Below are positions 23,888-34,990 of a stretch of 64,000 nucleotides of DNA, one piece after another (positions within the stretch are counted from its first letter, which is position 1; each line of letters opens with the position of its first letter). The notes below the pieces were generated by a model. That model ran no database searches. It was not told the origin of the DNA and saw only the letters and a program-made list of their open reading frames with translations. The stretch is from assembly GCA_964035575.1 (NCBI GenBank), contig OZ037834.1, positions 1,240,001-1,304,000 of the forward strand. Direction: 5' to 3'. Origin of the DNA: Rhynchopus sp. YZ270_cl-10 (lineage: Eukaryota). A program made the position numbers and the translations under genes.

Positions 23888-25348
23888 TTAATGCAACTTT
23901 TTCAACTTCAGCTTTTTCGCGTGCATTTCATTGATTTTTGAGACCCAGAAATGTGCGTGGCATTGTGTGTCTTGAAAGTGGTAGGTGCGGGACTTGGTTA
24001 TCACTTTGAAGTCTTTTTGGTTGACAACTTGGGCAGAGAGGTCGTCTGTCCAGTCGACGTGGTCTTTAATGCTGTGAGACTCAAGCGTTTCGACGTAGAA
24101 GAGACGCGGGTAGGAAGTGAGAATGAGATACCTCTGCTTCTTCGAGAGCAGATGCCGGGTCTTGATGACCGGCGAGGCAAAGATCACTTCCTCCTCGGCA
24201 AGCAAGAACTTAGACCAGTCGTCGCTGTGGTCTTTGTGGATCGGCGTCTCAGGCTGGATGTTGTGGATGTTCGCGAAATCAACCTTCGCAAAGAAAGGGT
24301 GCCGCTTCAACGTCGCAAACCCCCCTGCCGCAGGCGACCCGATCCGCTTCTGCGGATCCCGCTCGAGAAGCTTGCTGATGAGGTCCTTCGCCTCTTCGGG
24401 CACGAATGGGGGGTAGTCCAAGGTGGTGTTAAGAATGCTCTGGAAGACGAGATAGCTCGTCATCCCGTTGAACGGCGGACGTCCACAGAAGAGCTGGAAG
24501 ATGATGCAGCCCAGCGCCCACAGATCCGACTCATACCCAGCACGCCCGCCCCCGACCTTGTCCTGCAGCATCTCAGGTGCCATGTATTTATCCGTCCCCG
24601 TAAACTTCCTGCTGTCCTCGTCGTCCTTATCCGCCCAACACGCTGTCCCAAAGTCCGCCACTTTCACATGAAACTCGCGTGTCAAAAGAATGTTCTCCGG
24701 CTTAAGGTCTCTGTGCAGCACACCTTGTTCACGGAGGTACTCCAAGGCCAGTACAATCTCGCCGACAAAGTGCGGGGCAACAACAGGCATATGCGCAATG
24801 TCGTATTTCTTCATGTATTTGAACAGCTCCCCTCCTTCGCAGTAGTCCAGGACCTGGTAGGGTGGTGGGGTGGGGGTGGGTGGTGGTGGGTGTGCATACC
24901 AAGCAAGTGTCCTCCTCTGTCACCCAGTGTGCCTGCATGTTCACGATGTTAGGGTGCCCCAGCTGCTCCATGATGTCGATCTCAAGCTTCACGTTCACAA
25001 AGTTTGACTTCGAGAAGATCGCGTTCTCCATCTTTTTGACTGCTACCGACACCCCGTCATGCCGGCGGGTTCCTATGTAGACCTGTTGGGGTGGTTGTTG
25101 TTGCGGTGCAACAGTCTGCACGATGAATATGCCTTTCATGCACACACATCGTCACCACTGTCGTTAATGTGCGCCGGGTTTGAAAAATTGACCATATCTT
25201 CAGAAACGGTTGTTTCGGATGAGGTTGTCGTAGACACATTTGACATCTGGCACCCATCCTGGCATACCTTTGCATACGACCCGTCACCAATCATCTTCGT
25301 CCCCACCTCGAAGTCATCCTCCGTGAGCTGAGCCGTCCCTCCCGCCAT
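23888..25348 (-). CDS. PDK1: PDK1-like AGC Ser/Thr kinase with C-terminal PH domain, 3 exons, 409 aa
   Basis: Exons 25348-25268, 25082-24900 and 24853-23888; introns GTATGC..CAG of 185 and 46 nt. Motifs IGDGSYAKV, VAVKK, HRDLKPEN, DFG, APE, then the PDK1-type PH segment KQRYLILTSYPRLFYV. Confidence 0.9.
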
Positions 25349-26252
25349 TTCACCCTGTGCGGCCCGCTAAAGGGGACGGTGCTGTGTGTTTGTTTGTTTT
25401 TGACAAAAGGAACTCCGCTGCCTTCAAGACCCTCACCCCGGGTTGCCTTCGGTGCGTGTGTTGTTGCCTTTGTTCTGATTCTCCTGACCCAAAAAGGGTG
25501 GGATGTGTGTGTGTGTGTTGTGTACGTTGCGTTCTGTAGTGTGCAAATGGTCGGGGATATTTGGAGTGAAATCTACGGGTTTGAGTCAAAACAAGAGGTA
25601 CTGAGTACAAAAAAACACCCATATTTTTTTTGATAAATTGTTGGAATAGTGTACTTGCCACCTGACAAAGCTCCACTTTTCAACTTTTTTTAGTATCGAT
25701 TTTTTGCCAATAAGGCTTCTGTGCACACAGCGAAGGGAGAGAAGATGGGAACTATGCGTAGCCACACACAGGCATAAGGACCGACCCCCTTTTTTTCCCT
25801 TCCTCAACATTGAGAAGGGGGAAAGACTAGGTTTGGAAAGAAAAGAGAAAAATGTTGAGAAATAATACGCCAACAAACAAAGACAACTCAAAAAAAAAAA
25901 AAGTCTGACTCCAGGATATAACAAATGAAAAGGCTATCAAAGGGACTAGGACAGTTCTAGCACTCAGAGTGTGACCACATCCACATGCGGTATGATGTGC
26001 CCATTCCGAAGAGTGTGGGTGTGGTCATATGAGGCTGGACCACCCAGGTACTGACTCTGCTCTGCGCCGTCTGGTGGACGGATGCATCCTTCTCTAGTTC
26101 GGCTTAACGTAGGTACGTTTTATTTCTTAGGTACTGTACACATGTTATGTCAAGACCCAAAACTCAGGAGTAAAAAAGAAAAGAAAATTTTATAAGATGA
26201 CCCTAAGCCTCTCGTGCTTTTCAGTCACCTTTTAAAAAAAAGGTGAGAAGAT

Positions 26253-26377
26253 TGGTGTGATCACCAAACCGATTCTCCGTTGTTCTCCCGAAGGTGTCTC
26301 CGTTAAGGGGTGCTATACCCCCTAGCAGTTCTCCGTGGTTCTCCCGCGGGTTGTTCCGTGCCCCCTGAATCACACCA
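26253..26377. mobile_element. 125-bp TG..CA element with 5-bp TSD
   Basis: TGGTGTGAT...ATCACACCA; TSD AAGAT on both sides; homolog at 49020-49144. Confidence 0.85.
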
Positions 26378-26620
26378 AAGATGTAAGATGAACGTAAGCC
26401 TTCATTACTTAGTCAACCTCAGGAAAAAAAAAACAAACTTGACTTGAAATACAAAGCCCTCTCGTGACAGTGTACAACAAAACAGACAGAACGTTGTTTG
26501 TGGAATCAAAGACTGGGGGGGGATCGCAAGATGCCGGTCAGTTCACAATCCAAAAAAGCTGTCCATATTTATATCGAACAAACAATTCTGTCGAAACAAA
26601 ACAAAAAATAAAAACACAAA

Positions 26621-27990
26621 TCCACCTGAATTAGCTGGGTGTTGGGAGGTGTTGGGAGGCGTTGGGGGGCGTTGGGGGGTGTTGGCGGGCGTTGGGAGGT
26701 GAGGCACTTTTTTCCCCACCGGCGTGAGCCTTTTTCTCGTTGGTGAAGTTTTTTAAACACCTGCATTGTCATTTCCGGAATCCGTCCTCGCTGTGGTGGG
26801 GTCAATTTGCCGAAATGGACAAGTTCTGAGTACATACGTGATCAATTTTCTCACACTGCACAGTATACACAGTATACACAGTATACACAGTATACACAGT
26901 ATACACAGTATACACAGTATACACAGTATACACAGTATACACAGTATACACAGTATACACAGTATACACAGTATACACAGTATACACAGTATACACAGTA
27001 TACACAGTATACACAGTATACACAGTATACACAGTATACACAGTATACACAGTATACACAGTATACACAGTATACACAGTATACACAGTATACACAGTAT
27101 ACACAGTATACACAGTATACACAGTATACACAGTATACACAGTATACACAGTATACACAGTACAGTACAGTTCTCGTTTTTGGTCAATTTCCGCACAGTA
27201 CACAGTACACAGTACACAGTACACAGTACACAGTACACAGTACACAGTACACAGTACACAGTACACAGTACACAGTACACAGTACACAGTACACAGTACA
27301 CAGTACACAGTACACAGTACACAGTACACAGTACACAGTACACAGTACACAGTACACAGTACACAGTACACAGTACACAGTACACAGTACACAGTACACA
27401 GTACACAGTACACAGTACACAGTACACAGTACACAGTACACAGTACACAGTACACAGTACACAGTACACAGTACACAGTACACAGTACACAGTACACAGT
27501 ACACAGTACACAGTACACAGTACACAGTACACAGTACACAGTACACAGTACACAGTACACAGTACACAGTACACAGTACACAGTACACAGTACACAGTAC
27601 ACAGTACACAGTACACAGTACACAGTACACAGTACACAGTACACAGTACACAGTACACAGTACACAGTACACAGTACACAGTAGCAGTACAGCACCAGAG
27701 GTCGGGATTTTCCCTTGGAGGGCGTCTACATTAATACATTTTTCGCTTTTTTCCCAAATTTCCACTTTGCCTTTGCCACTATTTTTTTGTTTGACTTGGA
27801 ACCGGGACCCCACCCTGGAACCCCCTCCAGAAGGGGGTACAGAACACCCTCAAAAAAAAAAAATCCCAAAATTCGGGCTAAATTGGAGGGGTGTTGGGAG
27901 GTGTTGGGAGGTGTTGGGAGGCGTTGGGAGGTGTTGGGAGGGCGTTGGGAGGCGTTGGGAGGGTTTGCCGTTTTTTGCAAATCAGGTGGA
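26621..27990. mobile_element. TIR element (TCCACCTGA termini, 4-bp TSD) carrying satellite arrays
   Basis: TCCACCTGAATT ... AAATCAGGTGGA; CAAA on both flanks; subterminal GTTGGGAGGY repeats near both ends. Confidence 0.75.
26861..27678. repeat. Satellites (CAGTATACA)x33 at 26861-27157 and (CAGTACA)x69 at 27196-27678
   Basis: Perfect tandem arrays, each preceded by a similar TCAATTT...GCA header. Confidence 0.97.
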
Positions 27991-28725
27991 CAAAGCAAGA
28001 AAAAGAACAGAACAGAACAAAACAGCATGCCAAGGTGAGTAGGGTTGCACACACCTACAAAAACTGGGGCGATAATTCCTTTTTAAAAAGGCACAGTCAT
28101 TCCAACTTTTATTTTTTCTTTTATTTTTTGTGCGGGAAATACGTTCAGGGATAGCAGCCTGTCTTTTTTATTATTTGCACAAAACACCTAGAAATAGTAA
28201 CGAGGACTTGCCGAAAGGAGAAGAATCCGGCTGGGCCCTTTTTAAATACATCAAAGGGTTGTTTAAGGCTGAATCGTGAATCTCACCGATTAAAAAAAAA
28301 AAGAAAAGTTTATAAGATGATCCTAAGCCTCTCGTGCTTAGTCACCTTAAAAAAAACTTTGAAAGATGGACACTAATCTTACAACACAACTGCAAGAGCA
28401 AAACCACAGAAAGAGAATAGCTAGTTTCTTTTTGATGAGATTAAGTCTCAAGTACTTAGTCACCAAAAGGGAAAGTTGGATAAGGTGGACACCCTCCCAC
28501 CCAAAAGAAAATTGCAAGACGGATTGAAGCCCGTCGCCTATCGAAGCCCAAATGGACCTGTATGAATTTACTGAGAGCATTGGTTTACCATTCGTTTTTT
28601 TTGTTGTATCGACAATCACCTTTACGCCTACTGGTATAAAGACATGTACTCAATGGCCGAAGCCTGTACTACAGAAGGAATAGATGCAAATCGCCCGTTT
28701 TTTTTTTTTTTTTTGATAAATTGTT

Positions 28726-29354
28726 CAGGGTATTAGTTAGCTTTTTTTTTTCCAGCCAAATTCTGGTTATCTGGTTTTTTCCCTCCCCCAGCAGGAATCG
28801 CTATTTTTTCTTGTGGTCTGCCAAAAAAAAGGGTCAACAAAAAATTTTCCGCGCTCCGCGCGAAAAGGTCCGTTCATTTCGCGTCAAAACGTGATGACGT
28901 GGGATGGTAACGTACTTCAAGAACCAAACTAACCTGCACTGAGCTCTCTCTAGCAACAAAACCTTCCCTTAGTACAAGAAGAAACGGTGGACATGGCATC
29001 AAAACTGTTCTGGCGAAGCCACGGTACGCAACATTTCAAAAATTGTGATATAAAATCGAACATTTTTACAGCCAAACCATGGCATGGTAGGGCTACTGCG
29101 CATAATTTTTGGCTGCGCCACAGGCGCAGCCACGGTACGCTACTTTTTTATGATCGTCGATCCCTTATTCTCGCTCGATACGAGGAGGTTGGGCTGCTGG
29201 GGGGGTGGGTGGGAACCGAACTTCCTTCGGGCCCCTGGCCAAAAAAATTTTTTTTTGAAAAATCCCGAATCTCGTTTTTTTTTTTTTCTCGAATAACCAG
29301 AATTGGGGAATTCTGGTTTTCAAAACCAGAATTTGTACGGTAACTAATACCCTG
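28726..29354. mobile_element. hAT-like MITE inserted in a family-C retroposon
   Basis: TIR CAGGGTATTAGTTA / TAACTAATACCCTG; AATTGTT duplicated; the flanks rejoin into one family-C copy. Confidence 0.8.
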
Positions 29355-30746
29355 AATTGTTGAGTAGTGTAGTTGCCTCGGTTGTGTTGCCACAGTTGCG
29401 CAAATCTCCACTTTCCAAAAGTTTTTTTTCTGCCGTTTTCATGGACACATCTGGACCCCCTCACCTGTTGCAAAAAAAAGATTTGTAAGGTAAAACCTAA
29501 GCTCCTGTTACGTTACCGTTGAAACAAAACAAAAAATCTTGTTTAATTTTAGACTACTATCGTGGGATAGCAGCCAATTTTTCTTCAAAAAAAAGAAGCA
29601 AAAAACAAAACAAAAACAACAATGCTAACATGCAGACACCTCTTTTTGAATGCAGGCACGTGAAGAATAAAGTAAAAACAAAACAAAACAAAAAATAAGG
29701 GGGAGGGAGGGTTGTTACAAAGGCACCTTTCGCGTGGCTTTGTGGTGTTGAAGAAAAGACAACCGTAGGCAGTACACGAGCTTCCAGAAGACACGTCTCA
29801 ACTCGGGCAAGGCTAAACCAGTAAGGGAGGGATTAACGTCTTGCGGGTAGGGATGTGGTCTGGAAAGCGTGTGCACTTTTGTTGTGTCGACAAAATCACC
29901 TGCTAGTGCAGGATCTGTACTCAATGTCGCCCGAAGGCTACTGTTTTTTTAAAAAAGAAAGTGAGGTTGACAGTGCAGCTGCGCTTCTGGGACGCAGGCA
30001 CTGACACTCCGCGGGTTATCGGATCACGGAGTGTTCCACTTTGGAAGAAAAACAAAATGGTAGAATGTGTGATGGAAGTCAAAAAAGAAATGGGCAAAAT
30101 AAAACAAAAACCCCAAAACCAAAACAAAATCGCAAAAAGTATTTCCACAAAAAAAAAAAAAACATCCCCCCTTCCCCCTCCCCCTTTGCCCCCGCTCCGC
30201 CATGAAGGCAGAGACAGCAACAAGGTGCCCTGCGCCTGGTCTGTGTCAGGTCAAAAGCACAACTGCAGCAAAACAAAACACAAAAAAAAAAACAACACGG
30301 ATCTCAAAAGTAAAGAAATACGCACATAACATCACACATACAATGGGCGATGCTTCGCTCTTAGGAACTACCCGCATTTGCTTTCAAATGCACACATCGG
30401 TAGTGGCCAGTCTACAAGCAACCCCCGACTCTTTCGGACATTTTGAGTGCATCTATTATTATATTTTTTTTTGACAAAAAAAAAAACATTTTGTCAAAAA
30501 CTAGATTATATAAAGTGAAGTTCATAATGAACAATTATTTGTATTAAAAATTCATGTGCTTTTGATTCAAGAGAACAGAAAAGCATCTTCACGTAAAACA
30601 ATGCGCTCCGTGGCTACCGGATCTCCACGGGAGAGCGTGCGAAAAAAAAAAAAGAAGTAATAAAACGAGATGTGGGTCACCATTTCCCACCTTCAATTTG
30701 TTCTTTTTTTTTCCTTTTTCTTCTTTTCCTTGAAAACTTTTTTTTT

Positions 30747-30929
30747 TACCATTCCTTTTGAGGGAACGGAGCATTGTACGGTCCTGGAAACTCCAAGAAA
30801 ATGGAGTCGGCAGAGCCAAAGAGCAAGTTGCCTTTCCTAAACGTGTACACAACTGGCAAAAAAAAGGGGGAGGTGTCGTCACTCACCTATATCATTGAAA
30901 TAACATTGCTTTACCAATGGTACACTCCG
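30747..30929 (-). repeat. ~190-bp dispersed poly(A)-ended repeat (family I), second copy at ~46698-46880
   Basis: Two highly similar copies, both ending ...GGAATGGT(A)n on the minus strand. Confidence 0.8.
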
Positions 30930-32236
30930 ATGCAAAGCATTTTTCGTTTTCTTGCATTTTTTGACAACCATCCCACCCAGAGAGATGGGTTATATGTTGC
31001 CATATCCAAAAGGCATGACATTGTACCTGCTCACTCCCCCCTTGAGAGAGAATGCAAGAGAAAGAACAAAAAAAAAAACTAAACAAACATTTTTGCCATT
31101 GATTTGTCACCAATCTACTGACATACGGATACCTCAAGGTGGATGCAGGCACCTAAATATGCCATCTTCTACCAATATGTCCCGAGTACAGTACACACGA
31201 CGGTGAAGTAAATGACTTGGCATGTGGTTTTACTTCTGGTTTCACTGTTGCAAAGCTAACAATGAAATTAGAAGTAAAACCACAAAATCAAGCCATTCAC
31301 TTCACCGGCATGTATGTAGGTGAAGAGGAGGGGTGGGGGACAGGAGAGGGGGGGAAAGGACCTGACAATACCTGGTTGCTCATGTGAACCAATGGAATTT
31401 AACTTTATTTTTGCGCGCCAAAACCGCAAACCAAAAAACCTGCAGGCACAGGGTGGTTGTGGATTAGTGGCGGTAGTCAGGATCCTTCCCCCAAAATGGC
31501 AAATAATTTTGTTGTGAACAAAAAAAAAAAAAAAAAAATGCGACGAGCAATTTCGTTAGCGCAAAAAAAATACGTAGGGGAAATCAGGGGGGTTACGGGC
31601 ACGACTCATCTGAAGTGAAGTAGATCGGTGGCCAAAAAAAGGGGGTTTTTTAAAAGAGTACTTCGATGGATTCAGCGGAGTCTTTCTGTGCAAGTGTGGG
31701 ATCACACCATGTGTCGGAAAAATGTGCTGAGTACCCCAAAGGTCGGTGTGAGGTTTTCTTTAATCCTTTAATGGCCCCACACTGGGATTGCTCTGGAAAT
31801 GCGCCAGAACGTATTTTTTGTGTGGACAGATTGTTCGGATTTTCGAGGGAGCAAGTATGACCCCCTTGTTGGAGAATTAGCAAATATTGATGAAAAGCTG
31901 AAGTGCTAAAATTTTGGCCATTTTGTTTTTTCCGAATTGACCCCACCACAGGCTGGGATTGTTCCGGAAATGTAACAATTTGGGCGGCGAAAACCCACAA
32001 AAGCCCCAAAAAAGGGTGCAGGCTCAGCGCACTTTTGTTGTTGTGTTTTTTATATAATTTTTTGTAGTTCGTTCTTACGAATTTTTGAAAAAGTGAAGCT
32101 GATAGAATGAACAAGAACAGATTCTAAGATGAACTACGCCTCTCGCGCTTAGCCACCTCAACAAATAATACACCCTCACACACAAAAGGTACCCCACGAG
32201 AGACAATTTATGGGTTGGAAAAAAAAAATCACCCCT

Positions 32237-34990
32237 TCAGTGCAGAATTGGGATGTCCTCTATTTGCTCACCACCATTTTGCTCAGCATCGAGCACTTGG
32301 TACGACCCGCCTCCGGTGTGCAGGTCGAACACCGTTTCGAGTCCTGCTGGCTTGTCCACCGTTCTCACCTCGTCCTCCACCACTACCACGTCCACCTCTT
32401 CCGACACATCCACCACATCCACCACCTCCGCCACGTCCTCTACTTCGTTCACAACAAACTGTCCCATCTCGCTTTCCTTGCTCTCTGTGTCCTCGCAGTC
32501 TTGACAGAGGCGCTCCTCATGTCTATGGCAAGCACCACGTCGCCTCCAACGTCTTCGCACAACGCACACAAACGCAACAATGCATATCACCAACAGCAGC
32601 CCGGAGCACACCTCGGCCACCACCACTGCCACGTCGCTGCCGTTCTCCGCCGACACCCCCTGGTCCACGCTTTGCTCGGAGAGTTCGACGTGTACAGCGC
32701 AGACGCGGTCGATGTTTTGCACCAACACCTCCTCCGCACACTCCACCTCCACCGTGTCCCCAACGTTCAACACCTGCACCGCATCCGCTGCCGCAGTCTG
32801 CACCAGGATCGCGGCAGGGATGATCTTCTCCTCCCTCCCGCACCCCGCATCCACCAGACTCGCTGCCAGCCACACCGACCTCCCAGGGGTGGCCACGAAC
32901 CGCAGCACTGCCTGCGCCCCTGCAGGCAAATCCGCCTCAGACGAAGCCTCCGTCATGGCTAACGGTGGGTCCGTTGCGAGAGGAGCTGGCGACACACTGG
33001 GCACTCCCAAAGGCTGTGCCGTGTCAGGAGAAGACGGAGGAGCAGACGGAGGAGAAAACGAAGGAGCAGCAGACCCACCCTCCCACGGCAGGGAGATGAC
33101 AGGAGCGTCAGAGCGAGGCGGCTCTGTAGGCGGGGACGCCGTTGTTGCCTCAACCTCGGGCAACGTGCTACCTGGGGCATCTGTTAGTGTCTCGGTTGGT
33201 GTCACGCTTAACGGTGTCTCGCTTAGAGGCGTCGCGCTTAACGGTGACGGTGTTTCGTTTAACGGTGTCTCGCTTAGAGGTGTCTCACTTAGAGGTATTT
33301 CGCTTAACGGTGTTTCGCTTAACGGTGCCTCGCTTAGAGGTGTCACGCCGAGAGTAGGCATGAGGGTAGGGATTTCGGTCGGGGTGGGGTCCATTTGCAG
33401 GCGGGTTCCTACCATTGTGTCCCACGAGGATACGATCACGTCCGTGGTTCCTTCTAGTGTGTAGACCTCGTATGTGACACGCATCATCCTTTTGCATCGG
33501 TTCTTGTGCCAAATGAGTTGCAGTGAACGGCAGTTTGGACAGCCAAGGACTAATGCTCGATTTAACGCGGTCCACCCTTCAGTCCGCCCACAACTCGCCT
33601 CACCTCCTAAAATGTACGAAATCGACCGCCCAGAAAGGTCGCCCCGAAAATGACAGTCCCCAGGGTTCTCCTCAGCAATGAACGCCCGCGATGCAATCAG
33701 AGTACCCGGACGGGGGATATGCGTGAAGGAGATTTGCCCACTTTCTGCGGAACGGCCTTCCCCGATTTCGAAGGCGTCAGAGGTGATGTTTTGTGGGGTT
33801 GCAGATACCCCGTAATAAGACGTGGTGATGTAAGCGTATAATAGGCACGAAGGGTTTTCTGCGGTAAAAACTGCGACAAGGTTGCGACCGCGTCCTAAAA
33901 ATAGTCGGTTGATCGGGAGAATAATGGAGCCATCATGCCGTTCTACTGCAAGAGTCACCGCGACCTGCTCCGATGCACCTTCTAAAGTAAACAAAACGTA
34001 CGAAGTATCGTCGCATTCTGAGGACAACCCCACACTAAATTCCATTTGTAAAAGAAAAATGTCTGTCTTTGTCGTCGTAATCTGCGCGTACGGTTTCTTT
34101 GGATTCCCTACCGTCGATGTTATATCACGCGCAGCTAAAATCTCATTAGAACCTGGAATGTTTATCGGAATACCAGGCAACGCATTCGCTTCTGCTCCAA
34201 CAATAAAGGCAGCTTCTTGACCTTCCGAGGTACCTTCAATTTTTCTGTAGAACGTCCGAATCGAAGCTTTGTACGCACAACGATATTCTGTTTGAACAAC
34301 AAGACGGCGGTGGTCTGGATCGACCCTCCTCCCCACCGGAATTCCTATCAGCTCACCATACGCAAAATCCACCGCCCCTACGTGAGTATGGTTACACACC
34401 ACCACTGCGACCCCACGACTCAACTCTACCCCTGTATCGTACATACATTGATGCCTCTTTTGAACCAACCCCAACTCTACCCGAGACAACACCCACATCT
34501 CCCCGGGCACTGCAAACACTGCCTCCGACATGATAAACGCAAATTCTGACAATCCGTAACCTAGCAGCTCGGTCGCCTCTTGACGCACCTCGTCGGAGAG
34601 AGTGTTGTGTTCTAATGAGGTTTCAACCCAATGCGCACAATGCGCAAGGTTTTCTGTCGAAAGGGAAAGATCTTCTACAGGAACCTCTCTCAAAAGGTGC
34701 AACGTTCCGGTTAAATTCCCTTTCGGAAAGGTAATTGAGACGTCATCAGTCGCAGGGCACCGTGCAGTGAGCTTTATATATGGTGGACAGCCGTCCACAT
34801 CTCCTGGGGGACGGGGTTTTACTGCAAAAGAGATGGTCCACACAAAATGTCTGCCCTTCCCTTTGATAGGGATCCATCCAATTGATTCGCCTGATCCGAT
34901 ATGTGCAAGACCGGAATGAATCTTAACGCTACTTCCCCTCACTAAAGAACTGAAATCCATCACACAAAGTAGCATCAGGAGCAATCGCAT
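32237..34990 (-). CDS. Type I membrane protein with mucin-like ETPLS-repeat stalk and acidic tail
   Basis: 917-aa ORF; signal peptide, P/T/S-rich repeats, TM followed by RRRWRRR. Confidence 0.85.
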   Translation of the reverse strand: MRLLLMLLCVMDFSSLVRGSSVKIHSGLAHIGSGESIGWIPIKGKGRHFVWTISFAVKPRPPGDVDGCPPYIKLTARCPATDDVSITFPKGNLTGTLHLLREVPVEDLSLSTENLAHCAHWVETSLEHNTLSDEVRQEATELLGYGLSEFAFIMSEAVFAVPGEMWVLSRVELGLVQKRHQCMYDTGVELSRGVAVVVCNHTHVGAVDFAYGELIGIPVGRRVDPDHRRLVVQTEYRCAYKASIRTFYRKIEGTSEGQEAAFIVGAEANALPGIPINIPGSNEILAARDITSTVGNPKKPYAQITTTKTDIFLLQMEFSVGLSSECDDTSYVLFTLEGASEQVAVTLAVERHDGSIILPINRLFLGRGRNLVAVFTAENPSCLLYAYITTSYYGVSATPQNITSDAFEIGEGRSAESGQISFTHIPRPGTLIASRAFIAEENPGDCHFRGDLSGRSISYILGGEASCGRTEGWTALNRALVLGCPNCRSLQLIWHKNRCKRMMRVTYEVYTLEGTTDVIVSSWDTMVGTRLQMDPTPTEIPTLMPTLGVTPLSEAPLSETPLSEIPLSETPLSETPLNETPSPLSATPLSETPLSVTPTETLTDAPGSTLPEVEATTASPPTEPPRSDAPVISLPWEGGSAAPSFSPPSAPPSSPDTAQPLGVPSVSPAPLATDPPLAMTEASSEADLPAGAQAVLRFVATPGRSVWLAASLVDAGCGREEKIIPAAILVQTAAADAVQVLNVGDTVEVECAEEVLVQNIDRVCAVHVELSEQSVDQGVSAENGSDVAVVVAEVCSGLLLVICIVAFVCVVRRRWRRRGACHRHEERLCQDCEDTESKESEMGQFVVNEVEDVAEVVDVVDVSEEVDVVVVEDEVRTVDKPAGLETVFDLHTGGGSYQVLDAEQNGGEQIEDIPILH

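Noticed and set aside
26753..28042. Long ORFs of YCVLCTV, HSI and TQY repeats
   Set aside because: Artefacts of stop-free 7-mer and 9-mer satellites, open in most frames.
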